Under the pieces are notes generated by a model. It was not told where the DNA came from. It did no database searches and saw only the letters and a program-made list of their open reading frames with translations. Source: Azolla caroliniana (taxonomy: Eukaryota > Plantae > Polypodiophyta). Taken from it: a stretch of 64,000 nucleotides of DNA. Made by a program: the position numbers and the translations under genes. The stretch lies in assembly GCA_043228905.1 (NCBI GenBank), contig JBHGNT010000013.1:12648001-12712000 (forward strand), read 5' to 3'. Numbering within the stretch: the stretch's first letter is position 1; each line of letters starts with the position of its first letter. Below, piece after piece: positions 35,100-49,381 of this stretch.

Positions 35100-38000
35100 C
35101 CTTGTATGGGACTCCAAGGACTTCGCCCTATTCGATTTTGGGGAAATATGAATCGGCACCAAAGTTCAGACAGTAGTCAAAAATAAAAAACAAATGTTTG
35201 GGGTTTCTGTAACTGAAACATACCTGGACGATGATCGAGCGGGTTCTGTGTTGTAGCTCTCAATCTGCAATGTCGATTTTTTGCTATTGCGGGAGCTACG
35301 TCTGCGTTCGTGCTCTGAGTACTCCATCTGCGTTCAAAATCAGACTTAGGCTAAACAGGAAATTGATGACATTGAAGTCGACCTTAGATGATGGTGATAT
35401 TCCCCAAGTTCCACTACGTCTGAAACAGAAGTTCAAATATTTGAGTTTTTTCATAAATTAGTTTTTCAAATATTTGATTTTCCCACAAGAAAGACTAGCT
35501 AAACAAATAGCTAATTAGCTATGGCCATTTTAGTAGCTAATTAGCTATAATAGTGTTTCCACTCGCATGCTTTTACCCTGTCATGATTATAAAAATATGA
35601 TTAGTATTGTCATGTATCGAGACCGAACCATGTCGGTTCGGTCCCAAGTCGAACCAAGACACATCAAGAAAGCACTAGAGTTAGTTAGAGGTTGAATCAA
35701 GAATGTAACTAAAGGAACATAAATGTATAAATAGAGCGAATGATGAATGGAAACGAGAGGAGAATTTGATTCTAAGTTGTGTACATCACATTGGTGGAGA
35801 AGATGGGCAATTCATAAAAAGTTGCCGTTGTTGCAGAACAGAGATCTGGAACAAGTCGCTTCCATAGCAAAACAGTGAGCCCAAATCACGCAATTGTGCA
35901 ACAAATTTGCGCACAGAGATGCAAAAATCAGACTTCGATAGCAACATGAGTATGTAGCCGGAGTTTGTGGAACAACATTCATCAAGCGCTGCAAATGACC
36001 AAATGTTTCAAGCCATAACTACCATGATGATGCAGGTAAATCATACAAATCAAACACTAATGAATTGGTTAACCAATCAGTCACAGTTAACAGCCAAACC
36101 TGAGAAACAAAAAGGTTCAAGAATGTGTCCGCAATCTTTCTCTGGACTTCCAACGGAGGACATTCTGGCCTGGTTGGATCATTTCGAGAATGTAGTAGGA
36201 TATCATGAGTGAGATGATAGGCAGAAAGCACTCGAGCTTCGCACGGTTGTAGAGCATGTGGCTGCAACCTGTTCATCCAGTAGCCTGAAGAGATAAAACG
36301 CGATTGGCCATACCTACACGAGCAATTAGTGCAGACATTCACCAACAATGACGTCACTCAAACAACACTGCAATAGTTGGACACTCTACACCAACAGCCA
36401 CCTGAACCAGTGGCACAATTTCCGGTCAAGTTAAAGCAATTATTGTTAAGGGTAGATCCACATATGAAAGAGACTATGAAACTCTATTTCTTACTACCTC
36501 AATTATGCCATGATATATCCAGGCGAGTGAAAGATCAAGGACCAACAACATTTCAAATGGTGGTACAGATTGCGTAACGCATAGAGTCTCCAGGCTACAT
36601 CGAATTGCAACGTGCACCTATACAATCACAACAAATTAGCCAAAAAATTCCAATGGAACCCACAGTAACTCCAATGGAGATTGATGTGCAAAATGCTCAG
36701 TTTAATACAAAAAAGAACTTATCAGATTGTGACAGCCAAGGAAGACCATGATGTTTCTATTGCAAATCGTATGGGCACATAAAGAAACATTGTAGAAAAT
36801 TTGCAGCATCAAAGCATCATTAGAATGCACAGATACATCTAGCAGATTCAACTTCACTCGCCGAAGTACCGGGAAACGGCAACACTACATGTTGACGAAA
36901 GAGCAACTATCGCACTTTCAGGCCGCTACCTCTTCCAGTCGCATTGTTTGTTCCACGATGGCACGCATTCATAACCAACCTATGAAACATTATTAGATTC
37001 AGGAAGTACAATTTCATCAATTAGTTTAGATTTAGTAAATTCATTGCACTTACCCACATCTAGTGCACCCCTTATTAATATCGTTTTTGGAGATAAACAA
37101 AAACTGTATCAGTCATCAACTCATGCACACTGCACATTCGTACTAGCACAACACACATTCGTACATTCATTGTATGTACTGCCAAAACAACTTTTTTCTT
37201 TAACATGAGGATGTGATTGGTTTGTGAAGCATGGCGCTCAGCTGCATTATGAGGTTCGTCCTACCTCATAATAAACCATTCACCACGATCCCCTTACTTA
37301 GCGCACCACATGTTAGTACACAGGTCATCCATACACAGATCCATGTCAAACCATTAAAGTCATGTCTAGCAGATCTACGACACTTACTCAAGTCGTTTCC
37401 ATCAATTTTCTGTAAGACTAAAAAAATAGCATAAGTAAATCTACCAGTTCAACATACCATTCTGACAACCGATGCTCCTCTAGTTCGGATGGCAACGTGG
37501 CGGTGATCCCCTCTCGACCACCAAAAGATCGCCACAGTAGTCCAAGATATGCTGGAAAAATATATTATTGAGCCATCAACTAGTCAATGGGTATCAAAAC
37601 CCCATTTAGTTTGCAAAAGAAGATGGATCATTCCGGTTTTGCATCGATTTCAGGCAGTTAAATAAGTTGACGAACCATGACAGGTACCCACTTCCTAGGA
37701 TTGACGACTTGCTAGACCAGTTAGGACATTCCAAATATTTCACATCCTTGGACCTGGCTTCTGGCGACTGGCAGATTCCGCTATGCAAAGAAGACAAGCA
37801 TAAAACAACATTTCGGACACAACACGGACTGTATCAGTTTAAGCACATGCCATTTGGACTATCAAATGTTGGCAGCACATTTCAGAGGATGGCAAACAAT
37901 ATTTTCCAAGACTTGATTTTTCAAGGTGTTGTTTTGGTCTATCTAGATGACATATTGATTCACACAGATAGCTGGCCAAAACACATTAAGATATTACGTG

Positions 38001-38449
38001 AAGTCCTCCTCCGCATTCAAAAATACAACCTGCTTTTGCAATTCAGAAAATGCAAGTGGGGTGCAACAACAATACGATTTTTAGGGTTCATGATATCAGA
38101 ACAAGGAATACAACTAGATTCAGCGAAGACACGAACTGTCACGGAATATCTGAAGCCATCGAACATCAAGTCCCTACAGAGTTTTCTAGGATTAGTGAAT
38201 TTTTCACTAAGGTTTGTTCCCCGTCTAGCAACAATTACAACTCCTTTATGGAACTTATTAAAGAAGGATCAACCATACCAGTGGACTGAGGAGTGCAAGA
38301 AAAGTTTTTAGACAATCAAACAATTAATTACCTCAGTAGCAACATTAGCATTCCCTGATTTCAACAAGATTTTGCGTCTACAAACAGATGCTTCCAATTT
38401 TGGAATTGGGGTAGTCCTTTTGCAACAACATGACAATGATAGTTGGCAC

Positions 38450-38734
38450 TGAGGAGAATATGCGGAATAATGCTCGGCCACAACCGAGTCTTCAATCACT
38501 TCATTGAGAATTACAATCACAGAAATGGGAATGTAGAGATAGATGCACGTATACATCAAACACTCAAAGAGAGTACACAATATGTTTACATGGAAAAACC
38601 CTGATAGGGGAAAAACCACGGGAGCCCACAGACTCCAAACAATCACTATGTAAAGATTACAGTAATAGGTCATAGAGGCAATGACCTTGTGCTCTCAATC
38701 TTCGCCAATAGGTGGTTACAACAGAGACTGTTCA

Positions 38735-38822
<88 letters not shown>

Positions 38823-39140
38823 TACGCTCTATACAACAATTACACCAATAAATCTATACAATATTAATGACAACACAATGATACCCCCTTACATCCACAT
38901 TGTTTTCCCTAGGTCATATTTATACTAATATGAATTTCGGGCTATTTACAAATATAGCCACAATGGGCTAACAGAAACATATTTACATATATGTCCCTTC
39001 ATCCGGTGAGAGGTTCTCACCTAGGTTGCGTCATCCGGTTCTTACCGGGTGTTCCTTGCCGGGTACTCATCATCCGGTTCTCACCGGGTCTTCCGTTGTT
39101 GGGTACTCATATCCCATCCGGAGGGACCGAAATCCTAACA
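38450..39140 (-). mobile_element. Solo LTR inserted in RNase H, with (CT)n tract
   Basis: TG...CA ends, TSD GGCAC/AGCAC; removal restores NDSWH|PIAYISRAL. Related to the LTR at 1-496. Confidence 0.9.
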
Positions 39141-40519
39141 AGCACCCGATTGCCTACATCAGCCGCGCACTAACAAAATCAGAGCAAAATTATTCAACAA
39201 CTGAAAAGGATTTTTTGGCCGTAGTATGGTCGTTTCAGAAATTCCATCCATACCTACACGGCACAACGGTGCAGGTGGAGAAAAATCATCAGCCATTGAT
39301 ATCCCTAATTCAGAAGACACAACCACCACGAAGACTACTTCGTTGGGCTCTGGCTTTGCAAGAATACAAATTCACGATGATCTATAGACATGGCCAATCT
39401 AATGTCGTGGCAGATGCCCTCTCACGGATGGAATATCAAGCTGCTCAAGTAAGTGTGACTGATCTTCCTCTACATCAACATCAAATAAAATAGATGCAAC
39501 AACAAGACCCCACAATAAAAAAAATTATCTTACAAATTCAGGCAAGTCATGATGCACAATTAAACCGAAATTTTATCATGATTGACAATGTTCTATATTA
39601 TGTATGCTAGGGATGTCCACCACAATTGTATGTCCCTGAAGCATTGCGAGTGACATACCTTGACTTCTATCACAACCACCAACTATCTGGTCATTTCGGT
39701 TTCCATAAACTTCTCCATCGAATACGCTCCATGTACTATTGGCCGAAGTTGTGACAATCCATATCGGCGTTCCTCCAAGCATGTCCCACGTGTCAGGCTG
39801 TGAAGAATCCACAATCCACTGGCGGATCACTGACACCGATCACTGTGAAAGAACCATTTGAGATGGTTGGTTGGGACCTCATGGGGCCATTTCTAGTTTC
39901 ACTCTAGGGTAACCGATACATATTAGTGATCACAGAATACCTAACTTGTTGGTGTGAGGTCGTTGCTCTACCTGATTCAACGGCAAGTGTTGTCCATAGG
40001 ACAAAAATATAAAATACAAAATATGTAAACTCGCCGGTAGGTAGAAAAGTAGGTGAGGAAATAGGTAGAACTAAAATAGTCGAGTTTTTGAGCCCTCACA
40101 ATCAGCCGACAACTCGGCTCTGTCTAAAGAAGAAAACTATATAAACCGAGATTTGCATACCCCGAGAAGGAGAGATACCTAGATTAGTTAGCAGGATTAA
40201 TATCGTAGCACGGAGCTCTGCACAAAATTATTTCCGGCCGAGAGTCGTGTACTGTATTCACTGTGAGCTTTCTCATTTAATATAAATCTCGTTGTTACTG
40301 TTTCTTCATCTGTGTATTCTTCCCGTACTCATAAACCGAGCTACGTCTATGTCTACCGGGTTGTAGCTAGTGTACGCTCCCTGTTCCCCTAACATCTTCT
40401 CGGTGTAGAAGAAGCCTCCATGTAACACGTTTGCCTGTGGGCTCATCGAAGGTGTTTTCTCCAGAAACGGTTAACACAATTTGGCACGCCCATTTACAAC
40501 TGTAAGGTCATAGCGAACT

Positions 40520-43500
40520 ATGTCGGAGGCAAACCTAAGCCGCCATTACGGCGCCCAATCGCATCACGCGGTCTCGGCCACCCGCCCGACGCCCTGAGCC
40601 AGTCAAAGGAACTTCCGACTCAGCGGCCCACCGGTTGCAATCCTTGCCACCCGATACCCAATCGCGAGTTGATTCCGAACCGATCTCCCCGCCAAGCACT
40701 CCAGAGGTCACCCGACCTGACCCTAACCCATTTCCGGCTTTACCTAAAGACCCGATCTCAATATCGTGCCTTACCCTTACCCACGATATACAGATGGCCC
40801 TGACGCGGAATCGCACACCCGTGCTTTCGTGTCCACATGGCAGGCCAACAACTCGACGTAGTTGCTTGATGGTATTCCCGCCTCGACGTGGGGAGGTCAC
40901 AACGTTCCAAGACGTCCGAACAAAGTTTCTAGAATTATTTCCGGCAATTCTTTTCCATGAGCTAAGAACCTCACGAGACGGTTGCCTAGTTCATGATCCG
41001 ATTTCAGGATCTCTATCGACAACTGGCCGACGATGTCTCTGCACATCACATTCCGAATACCTTCCTTTCCAGCCTACGGAAGCCTCTACAGATGACCCTC
41101 GCACTTACCAACTTCTCTAACCAGACAATCGAGCAAGTCATCGCACACGTCCTCACCATCGATCGAACAGAGCATAGCACAGCTTTCTCCATGGGCTCTT
41201 TGCAAAGCACCCTTCCTCAGGAGGACAATCGTTTCCAACAAGCCCTCCAATGCACAGCCTGATCGAGCTGGGGCCATCTGGCTCTTGAGTGCCCTCACCG
41301 GCCACATTGTTCAGTCCCGATCTCACACGATCGAACAATGTGAATACAACATGCTCAACCACACAACGACGGCTCCGGTTCGCTAGATCGAGCCTCAAAA
41401 TACATACTCACGGCAGGACGAACGTCAAGTCTACCGACATCGGGATAACGAGCAACCACGATGCCCAGACCATCAGCGCCGCGACGACGACTACCGCTGC
41501 AACGACGATTACCGCCGCAACGACGACCACGACTGCCACGACAACCGCAAGAGATCGGACGACCGCCGTGACCAATATAGAGCAAACGACGAGTATGACC
41601 GGTACGATCAACGGTATTCACGAAACAATAGAAGAAACTCTTATAGAGGTTCGCGAAACAATCGATGGCATAACGACAATCGTCGTCGGGACCCTCCTCC
41701 AAATGTACCACACAACTCTCTTCCCCATAACGTGCCACGAGCCAACACACCTACACAAGCGGCCGGGAACCACTCACACCTTCTCCCACACACTGAGCAC
41801 GGTGACACCAGCAACTCGGCATCAGTTACCTGCTTTAAGTGTAACCAACCCGGCCACTACGCTACCCAATGCCCAACCAGGGACCACGGCAAGGCCCCGA
41901 CCGTGAATATTATTATGGTCGACGTTCAACACATCACTACACGCAGCAAAACTTAGGCCATCAAATGGCAAGTACAAGATGACATCCGACAAACATCCAA
42001 GGAATGAATTGACACCGCCAACAAAAGCAACGTGGAGCGGATGCACACAGAGATGCAGGATGTGACCATCGGAGCACCACAGTCCACAGGACCATCCACC
42101 GCGGCAGAAGATGACCATCTGTGGGACGCCCTTACCAGTTCCAGGATCTCGCTGCCATTGCATAAGTTTTTACCGCTTATGCCACGCTTTTGGGATACCT
42201 TGGCTACGCTCACGATTAACGACAAATCAGTCGTACCCGCTGTTAACCTGACAGAGCTAGGGACGGGCCCACCCATCATGGATTCCCAGAATTCAGCCAT
42301 GAAAATCATGATTAAGGGACGCGAACTTCATGGATGCATAATCAACGGTGGCTCCGGCGTGAACGTCATCAGCGAGGCCACATGGCACACACTTGATTTG
42401 AACCAATGGGAACCTTGCCCCTTTTGTCTTCGGATGACCGATCAGCGATCGGTTCGCCCCATAGGGTTAATCCGCCACCTTGACTTCACGTTAGGAGGCC
42501 ACATGTTCACTATCTCGACACTCGTATTATGCCTCAAAGCTTCGGGCGCCTACCCAACGCTGCTTGGATGACCCTGGCTGCGCACAACAAATATTAAGCA
42601 ACATTGGCAGCGAAATATGATCTCTTTCCGCCTGGGGAAGACCAAGGTATGGATAATAACAGAAGAACACCTAACCACACCCCACAACACCACATTCTTA
42701 TACACGGAAGGGGTACACATGCTCGATGGGTTAGCTGACGACGAGGTGAATGACTTCCTGGAAGATCATCCCACTATCATACCCCTCTTCGAAATAGATG
42801 CCATCTCGGCCTTTGGCACACCCCCAAACGAGGATGTCACGAAAGATTCACTTCCCCAGGACGAGCCAGATTCAACAACTAGTACGGAATTATGACATGC
42901 TCGGAACGCGTTTGAATGCGAACTCGCCATCTCCCAGCGAGTCAAAGCATCAACGCTCAAGTCACTCAACCTCGGCTCCGACGAGAACCCGCGTACACTA
43001 CAAATCACTAACAACTTACCATCCGACGAACGGTTAGCCCTCATACGCCTACTCACGGATTATCAGGATGTATTCGCATGGTCTTACACTTATATGAAGG
43101 GATTGGATCCCCAATATTACCTGACACTCGGCCGGTCCAACAACGACGATACCGTATGAACCCCAACTACGCGGCTAAGGTCAAAGAGGAGATCGACAAG
43201 CTCCTCCGATTAGGTTTTATATGCCCAATAAAAAGAGCCACATGGTTAAGCCCAATAGTCGTCGTCCCCAAGAAAAACGGGAAAATCCGTGTTTGCATTG
43301 ATTACCGCAAAATCAATGCCGCGACAGTCACGGATGGGTTTCCTCTTCCGTTCACGGATAGTGTCCTCAACACGGTGGCTGGTCATGAATGCTATAGTTT
43401 TCTCCATGGGTTCAATGGCTATAACCAAATCAGAATGCACCCGGACGATCAGGAGAAAACGACGTTTGTCACGGAATGGGGTGTCTTCGTGGACGAGGTA

Positions 43501-45770
43501 ATGATGTTCGGATTAAAAATGGCACTGGCCACATTTCAACGCATCATCACCGAGATTTTCAACGAATATATCCTGACATTCATGCAAGTTTTCGCCGATG
43601 ACTTTGCCGTGTATGGCCAGTGGCTGGAGCATATGACCCAGTTACGCCTCTATCTCGATCGATGTCGACAAGCTCGGTTGAGCTTAAATCCAGCAAAATG
43701 CGCGTTCTTGGTGACAAGCGGCAACCTGCTCGGGCACATAGTCAATCAGGAAGGTATCGCCATGGACCCGGATAAAGTGCAAGCCATTCTGAATGCTCCC
43801 GCGCCCTCTACCGCGAAGGCCCTCAGCCGATTCCTGGGCCAAATCAGATGGCATAGCCGGATGTTACGACACCTGGCCGATTTCGCGACTCCATTGCACG
43901 CGACTGTGCATAGACTCCCATTTCAGTGGTCTTCGATAGAAGACGGGCCTTACCAATCCTTGAAGGTAATGCTCTCCCATGCCCCCGTTGTTCAACCACC
44001 AGTCTGGTCAGAACCTTTTCACGTCTTCGTAGACGCATCAGATATAGCATCGGCAGCACACTCATGCAGCGCACACCACCAAATTGGTATCGACGACTCT
44101 CGGCCGTGTAGAAGAACTACTCAACAACTGAACGTGAGGCCCTCAGTATGGTTTACAACATCAACAAATTTGGGCATTACCTCTTGGGCTGGAAATTCAC
44201 ATTCCACGTAGATCACTCGACTCTCCTATACTTGGTTAATAAGCAGGCCCTCACAGGTCACTTGGCCCGATGGATGCTCCTGCTGCAAATTCAGCACCAA
44301 CCTGGAGTCCAACACGTCCTAGCTAACTACCCGAGCCGCCTTGAGTGAGGAGAACCAGCCGAGTCCATGTACGATGATCTACCCAACACCACCCTTTTTA
44401 GTCTCGCAATGGTGCCAGACACACATGAAGATAAATGGATCACGAAAAGGACCCATTTCCTCAGCACCGGCCTTCCTCCCGACCACATGACCCTCTAAGC
44501 TCGGAAACGACTAGTTATCAAGAGCCGCAACTTTTGTCTCGTCTCCGACACCCTCTACCAGAAAGGCTCGGACGGCATCTGGCACCGTGCAATCCGTCAA
44601 TTTGAGAAACACGCAATCCTCCAAGAGGCACATCACGGAATCGCGGGGGGACATTACGCTGGAGAGGCACGTCAAGAAAAATATGGCAGAGTGGCCCTAC
44701 AACGAAAAAAGATGCTCATGAATTCTATCGACATTGCAATTTGTGTCAATGCATGGGACAACTGACCAAGCAAGCCCGGATGCCGCACCAATCCATTCTC
44801 CCGTTAGAACCATTTCAAAAGTGGGGGTTAGATTTTGTGGGACCTTTCAAACCAGTCGTGGCTCGCACCGGTAACAAATATATAATCATGGCCATGGAAT
44901 ATTGCACAAAATGGGTCAAGGCTAAGGCACTATGGGATAACACGGCTGCATCCACGGCAAAGTTCATTTACGAACATCTATGGTGTTGATATGGATGCCC
45001 AATTGAGCTCATTAGTGACCAAGGTGGGCCTTTTATAAACCACATAATTCAGGAGCTCACTACACACTAAGCGATCATACATAAGAAAAGTACACCATAC
45101 TATCCTCAGGCAAACGGATTGGCGGAATCTACTAATAAAATTTTGCAAACAATATTGAAAAAGATCGTCAATGAGAACCACACCGATTCAGATGAGAAGC
45201 TCCAGAGTGCATTATGGGCGTATTGCACCACATTTAAAACTAGCATTCAATCTACACCCTTTCGGATGGCCTTTGGTTTGGAAGCAATCATGCCGATCTA
45301 GTTTCGAGTTTCGAGTCTCCGAGTTCAGGTTAAGGAGAGGCTACCCGAGGCCCAATCAGAGCAATATCGACTCAAACAACTCCTCGAACTCGGCGAACAC
45401 CGAGTGGCCAGTATGGCTCAACTGGAACAATGCCAACGACAACGCAAAGCCTTCGTCGATCGTCACCGGAAAGGTACGGTGAAAGCACTTACCATCGGCA
45501 AACTGGTACTAGTCTTCCAAACACGACTCGGTGCCATGCCGGGGAAATTACGATTCCGATGGATAGGCCCCTTCTGGATAGTTGACGAGTTTAACGGCAC
45601 ATTCCAACTCGGCACACTTGTTGGAGACATCGTTGAAAGCTGGGTAAATGGATTCCAACTTTGACCGTACCAAGGAAATACCCCAGATAATCCCTTCGCC
45701 GAGTCCCACGGCACGGACCAGTTCACAGACGACGCCATGAAGGAGCCCACGCGCCCCCATCGGTAAAATA
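40520..45770 (+). pseudogene. gag-pol: gag-pol of the nested element (2 zinc knuckles, protease, RT, RNase H, integrase), disrupted
   Basis: CFKCNQPGHYATQC, IINGGSGVN, WLSPIVVVPKKNGKIRVCIDYR, GYNQI, FADDF, VDASD, WGLDFVGP, YYPQANG, RWIGPF. Confidence 0.9.
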
Positions 45771-46279
45771 ATGACCTACCCACCAAAATAATATATTAGG
45801 AATAGTGTTAGCATTTAAATTAGCCTTACCTAAACTACCTAACAAATCACCCCAAATCACGATATTTTCTTAGGCGCACAAACTAGTCACCTTCACATTA
45901 AAATAGAATATTTAAAGGAACATGCACACCTCACAAGGCATAGGACTCCTGTGATGTGTGGCCATAATACCTTATTATGGCAGCAACAACCAAGAATCTA
46001 AAGGATCTTCTCCCTACACAAAATCCTAGGCGGTCACATAAAAGAAGCTACCCCGCATACAACGCGCCCACTCACACAGAAGCTTTCTTGCCTTCACAAC
46101 CTTCAAGCTCCCAAGCTCTCTCTCGTTCTCATCGCTCCCGCAAACAGGCCTTCTCTTGCCCTCCTAGCCCTTGCCCAAAACAACGGTTTCCTCCCCAACA
46201 ATCTTCTTCCATCTCTCTATCTCACCCTCGTCTCAACGCTCCCCCCCACTCTCCCTGTCAGCAAACCTTCGAGTCCACC

Positions 46280-49200
46280 ATGCCTCTCTCAGCATCGCAG
46301 GAAACCCATTCTTGGCTACAACAACGAGGATTAGGTGGCTACTTACGAGTCAGTGCACCCTGACACCCAAGAAATAGCACGCAGAATCCACCTTGACACA
46401 ATAACCAACAACATGATTCACGCTACTCTGGACCTTACGCGAGGCGGAGAACATGAAGTCGAGATTCTTCCTCACACGACCCTCAAGGAATACTTTGGGA
46501 TGTATTCGATGTCGGGAAAAGCTTACCGCACTTACGTAGGACCAAACAAGTCTTTTGGGGAGATCACCCGAATTTTGATGGAATACGCCTTTGTGCATTC
46601 AAATCCCACGAGTATGCCACAGAATAAGGCTGCCATCATCATTAGAGAGTACGAAGGCGACAAAGTAGATTGGGGAATCATCATCGGCGAAGGAGTTCGT
46701 GCAGCACTAGAGTCTTTTCAATCCGGTAAGCGATTGCTACTTGTGATGAATCATTACCTCACAGTCCTCTACCCACCTCCTTCATTTTCCCCTTGTCGCA
46801 TCCTTACCTCTCCACCACCACCACGGAAACAATGGGAGAAGATTCTGGCATTAACCCAGGAAGAATGGGAAGACCACTCGGCCGTTCGGAATCCTACTCC
46901 CACTTCGGCACCACCCCCATCAAAAACACAGAAACAACAAGCAATATCAGTGACCTGTGTCGAATGGGATGAGGCCGAGGAGCCCGTCACTGAGGATGTC
47001 ACCATACGACAGAAAACACCAAGGACATCGATGCCCTCTCCACAACCGAGCCCGCAACCCCCCAACCAGCAGCCCTCAAGCATACGGCAACAAAAGAGGA
47101 AACAAGTTGAGGAGCCAACACCATCGGCCCCAGACTCACAGGACTAGCCGAAAACGAAACAACGCATCAATCGCGAGTCAACCACAAAAACCGAGGGGAC
47201 GGAGCGTCAGAAATCAAAGGAGGCCAGCCCGACCTTCATGGCCATGGTACCGGTAGAGTCGTCGCTCCAAGTAGGTAGGATCGAGCATGGACAAACCACG
47301 CAGATATCAGAGGAGGATGTCATCGGTTACAAAGACCTCCCCGCGGAGGCATATGAGTTCAGTGCACTACTTCGACTGGGCACAACATATGAGTTTATGG
47401 ATTTCCTCGCGCGTGCCCAAGTAGCTGCTACCGCTCGTATGGTCGAGGAGTACGCGGAAACAAAGATGATCCAACACGCACTAATGGGAAAACTCGAACC
47501 TCAAGAGGATCGAGCCTTATAGAAGATAGGTTGGAAGAAGCAAGCATAGAATGCATCTCTCCTCATGGAGCTACCAGATCTGAACACGGCCTTAGTCGAG
47601 GCATATCGAAATCTACACCACACAACTCGGGCAGCCAAGGACATGGCCTGACATATCAAAATGACACAGGAGCAAGCCAAACGGGCCACCGAGCTATGGC
47701 AAGCCGCCGAGCAGAAACTGGTGTCATTGGAGCAACAACATCGAGAACAGTCGACCGTAAGCCTCCATGCCCCGAGTAACGATGTCTCACCAGCACCTCT
47801 TCCGAACCTGAGCCTGAGTGATACTGTTACCGAAGCACACAACAACGACACAACTCACCCCAGGGTAGCCACGGTCGACGCAAGCACAATGACGAATTCG
47901 GTACAGACAAGCGAGACATCGTCACTGGCAGATAAAAGCCTGCACCCCCAAACCAGCCACGCCTCCACGCAAACGGTGCTGCCAACTGTCGTCAACACCA
48001 ACGAAACATCTCTAACGGAAAACAGCTGACCAGGCACGCTTCCACGCAAACGCCACGACCGCCTGTCATCGTGGAAATATCTACACAAACGGACAGGGAA
48101 CCCCATCCCCGGAACTAGCAAGTTGCAACCCAGACAAGGCCTCCCGTCCATGACTACCAAGACGAGCTCATGGCCCAGATCGCTCAGGCCGAGTTAGCAG
48201 AACAAAACCACAACAACACTATTGGCCAACTACGGGAACAAGTCGCGGGCCGCGAAGCTGACCTCAAGCGACTACTTGCTGAAAGCTCGGTCGCACTCAA
48301 AGCACAAGAAAGAGAGGTGATGAACCTTCAAGTCGCTATCACCGAGGCCAAAGAACGATTCATCAAAGAAGCAGAGAGGAATAGCCAACGGGAATGCGAG
48401 CTATTCGCAGACAACCCGGAATTACGCCGTCAACAAAGGGAATTACAAGAATTGGCCAACGAACACATGCAAAAGTGGAGGATCTCTGAAGAGCAAAGGG
48501 AGCAAATTTCTGATGCTTATCACCAGTTGCAAACAGAGGACGTCGCCACTAGGGAACGACAATGGGACGCTTGGAGAAAGGAAGTGGATGAAATTGTAGC
48601 TCAGCTCACCAAATGTTACGAGCAGACAATCACGCTCGTAACCGCAAAAGCAAAGGATAACCAAGCTACTCTGGAGCTCCTCATCCGCAAATGCCAAGAA
48701 GACGCCAAGGCCGCAAGGGAGGAAGTGGAAATTCACCGAGCTAGCATCGGCATGAATGGTACTAAAATAAAGATCCTGATCAACAAATATCTCCAACAAC
48801 TCACCAAGAAGATCGAGGAAACGCTCAACTGTGTATGGCAGGAATGGTCAACCCAAACTGTTGAACTACACATATTACGCACGGACGCCGAGAACCGAAG
48901 GAAGGAGGGCCGAGGGTTCTACAAGATGGATGACACCAGCATCCAGACCCTCCATGAAGTCTTTACTGAGGAATATCATACCTTAGAAGAATCCCACACC
49001 CCGACAATCGAGCAACTTCTAGAGGAATTCAACGACGATCAAATGATGTTCCATTTAGAAGCCGAAGCTTACGAGGAGGAACGCCTAGCTACCATGACTA
49101 ACAGAGCTCCCATGACCGATGACCATGAACTAGAGCCGCCAACAACAACCACCACGGAGGCCAGACAAGAGGGACCCGCCCCTACAAACACCCACATCAC

Positions 49201-49381
49201 AACCGAGCAACAAACTACGACCACAACCCTGCCTAAATTGGAACCAACAGAGGGTGGTCTACGTGACGTCATAGTCATCCCGGACTCGGCAGCAAAACCC
49301 CCATCACCAACCCACCTTCCCAGCAGCCTGACCAACCCCACGCCCTGGAGGATATCCTCAGCAGATTGTATAAAAGGGTAA
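46280..49381 (+). pseudogene. Extra sense ORF downstream of pol: plant-transposon-protein-like domain, TQT cluster, long coiled coil
   Basis: Fragments 46335-47147 (EGDKVDWGIII), 47238-48029 and 48170-49381 (E/Q/K-rich heptads) joined across frameshifts and stops. Confidence 0.7.

Larger units (their letters stand above)
23688..35578 (+). mobile_element. 11.9-kb TIR DNA transposon, Sola2-like, with cargo gene
   Basis: 25-bp TIRs GGGTGAAAGCATGCGAGTGGAAACA (23688-23712) and its inverse (35554-35578), 24/25 match, GRG termini. Encloses a DDD transposase. No clean TSD. Confidence 0.85.

Noticed and set aside
23680-35586. TSD for the TIR element (TAAT vs TGTC, or TCATTA vs TCATGA with shifted ends)
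   Set aside because: No clean match; cannot be called without other copies.
41289-41906. Thr-rich mucin-like ORF
   Set aside because: Alternative frame of the R/D-rich gag linker (CGACGA repeats).
46280-49381. Retroviral env gene
   Set aside because: No signal peptide or transmembrane helix is evident; the product looks soluble and coiled-coil.
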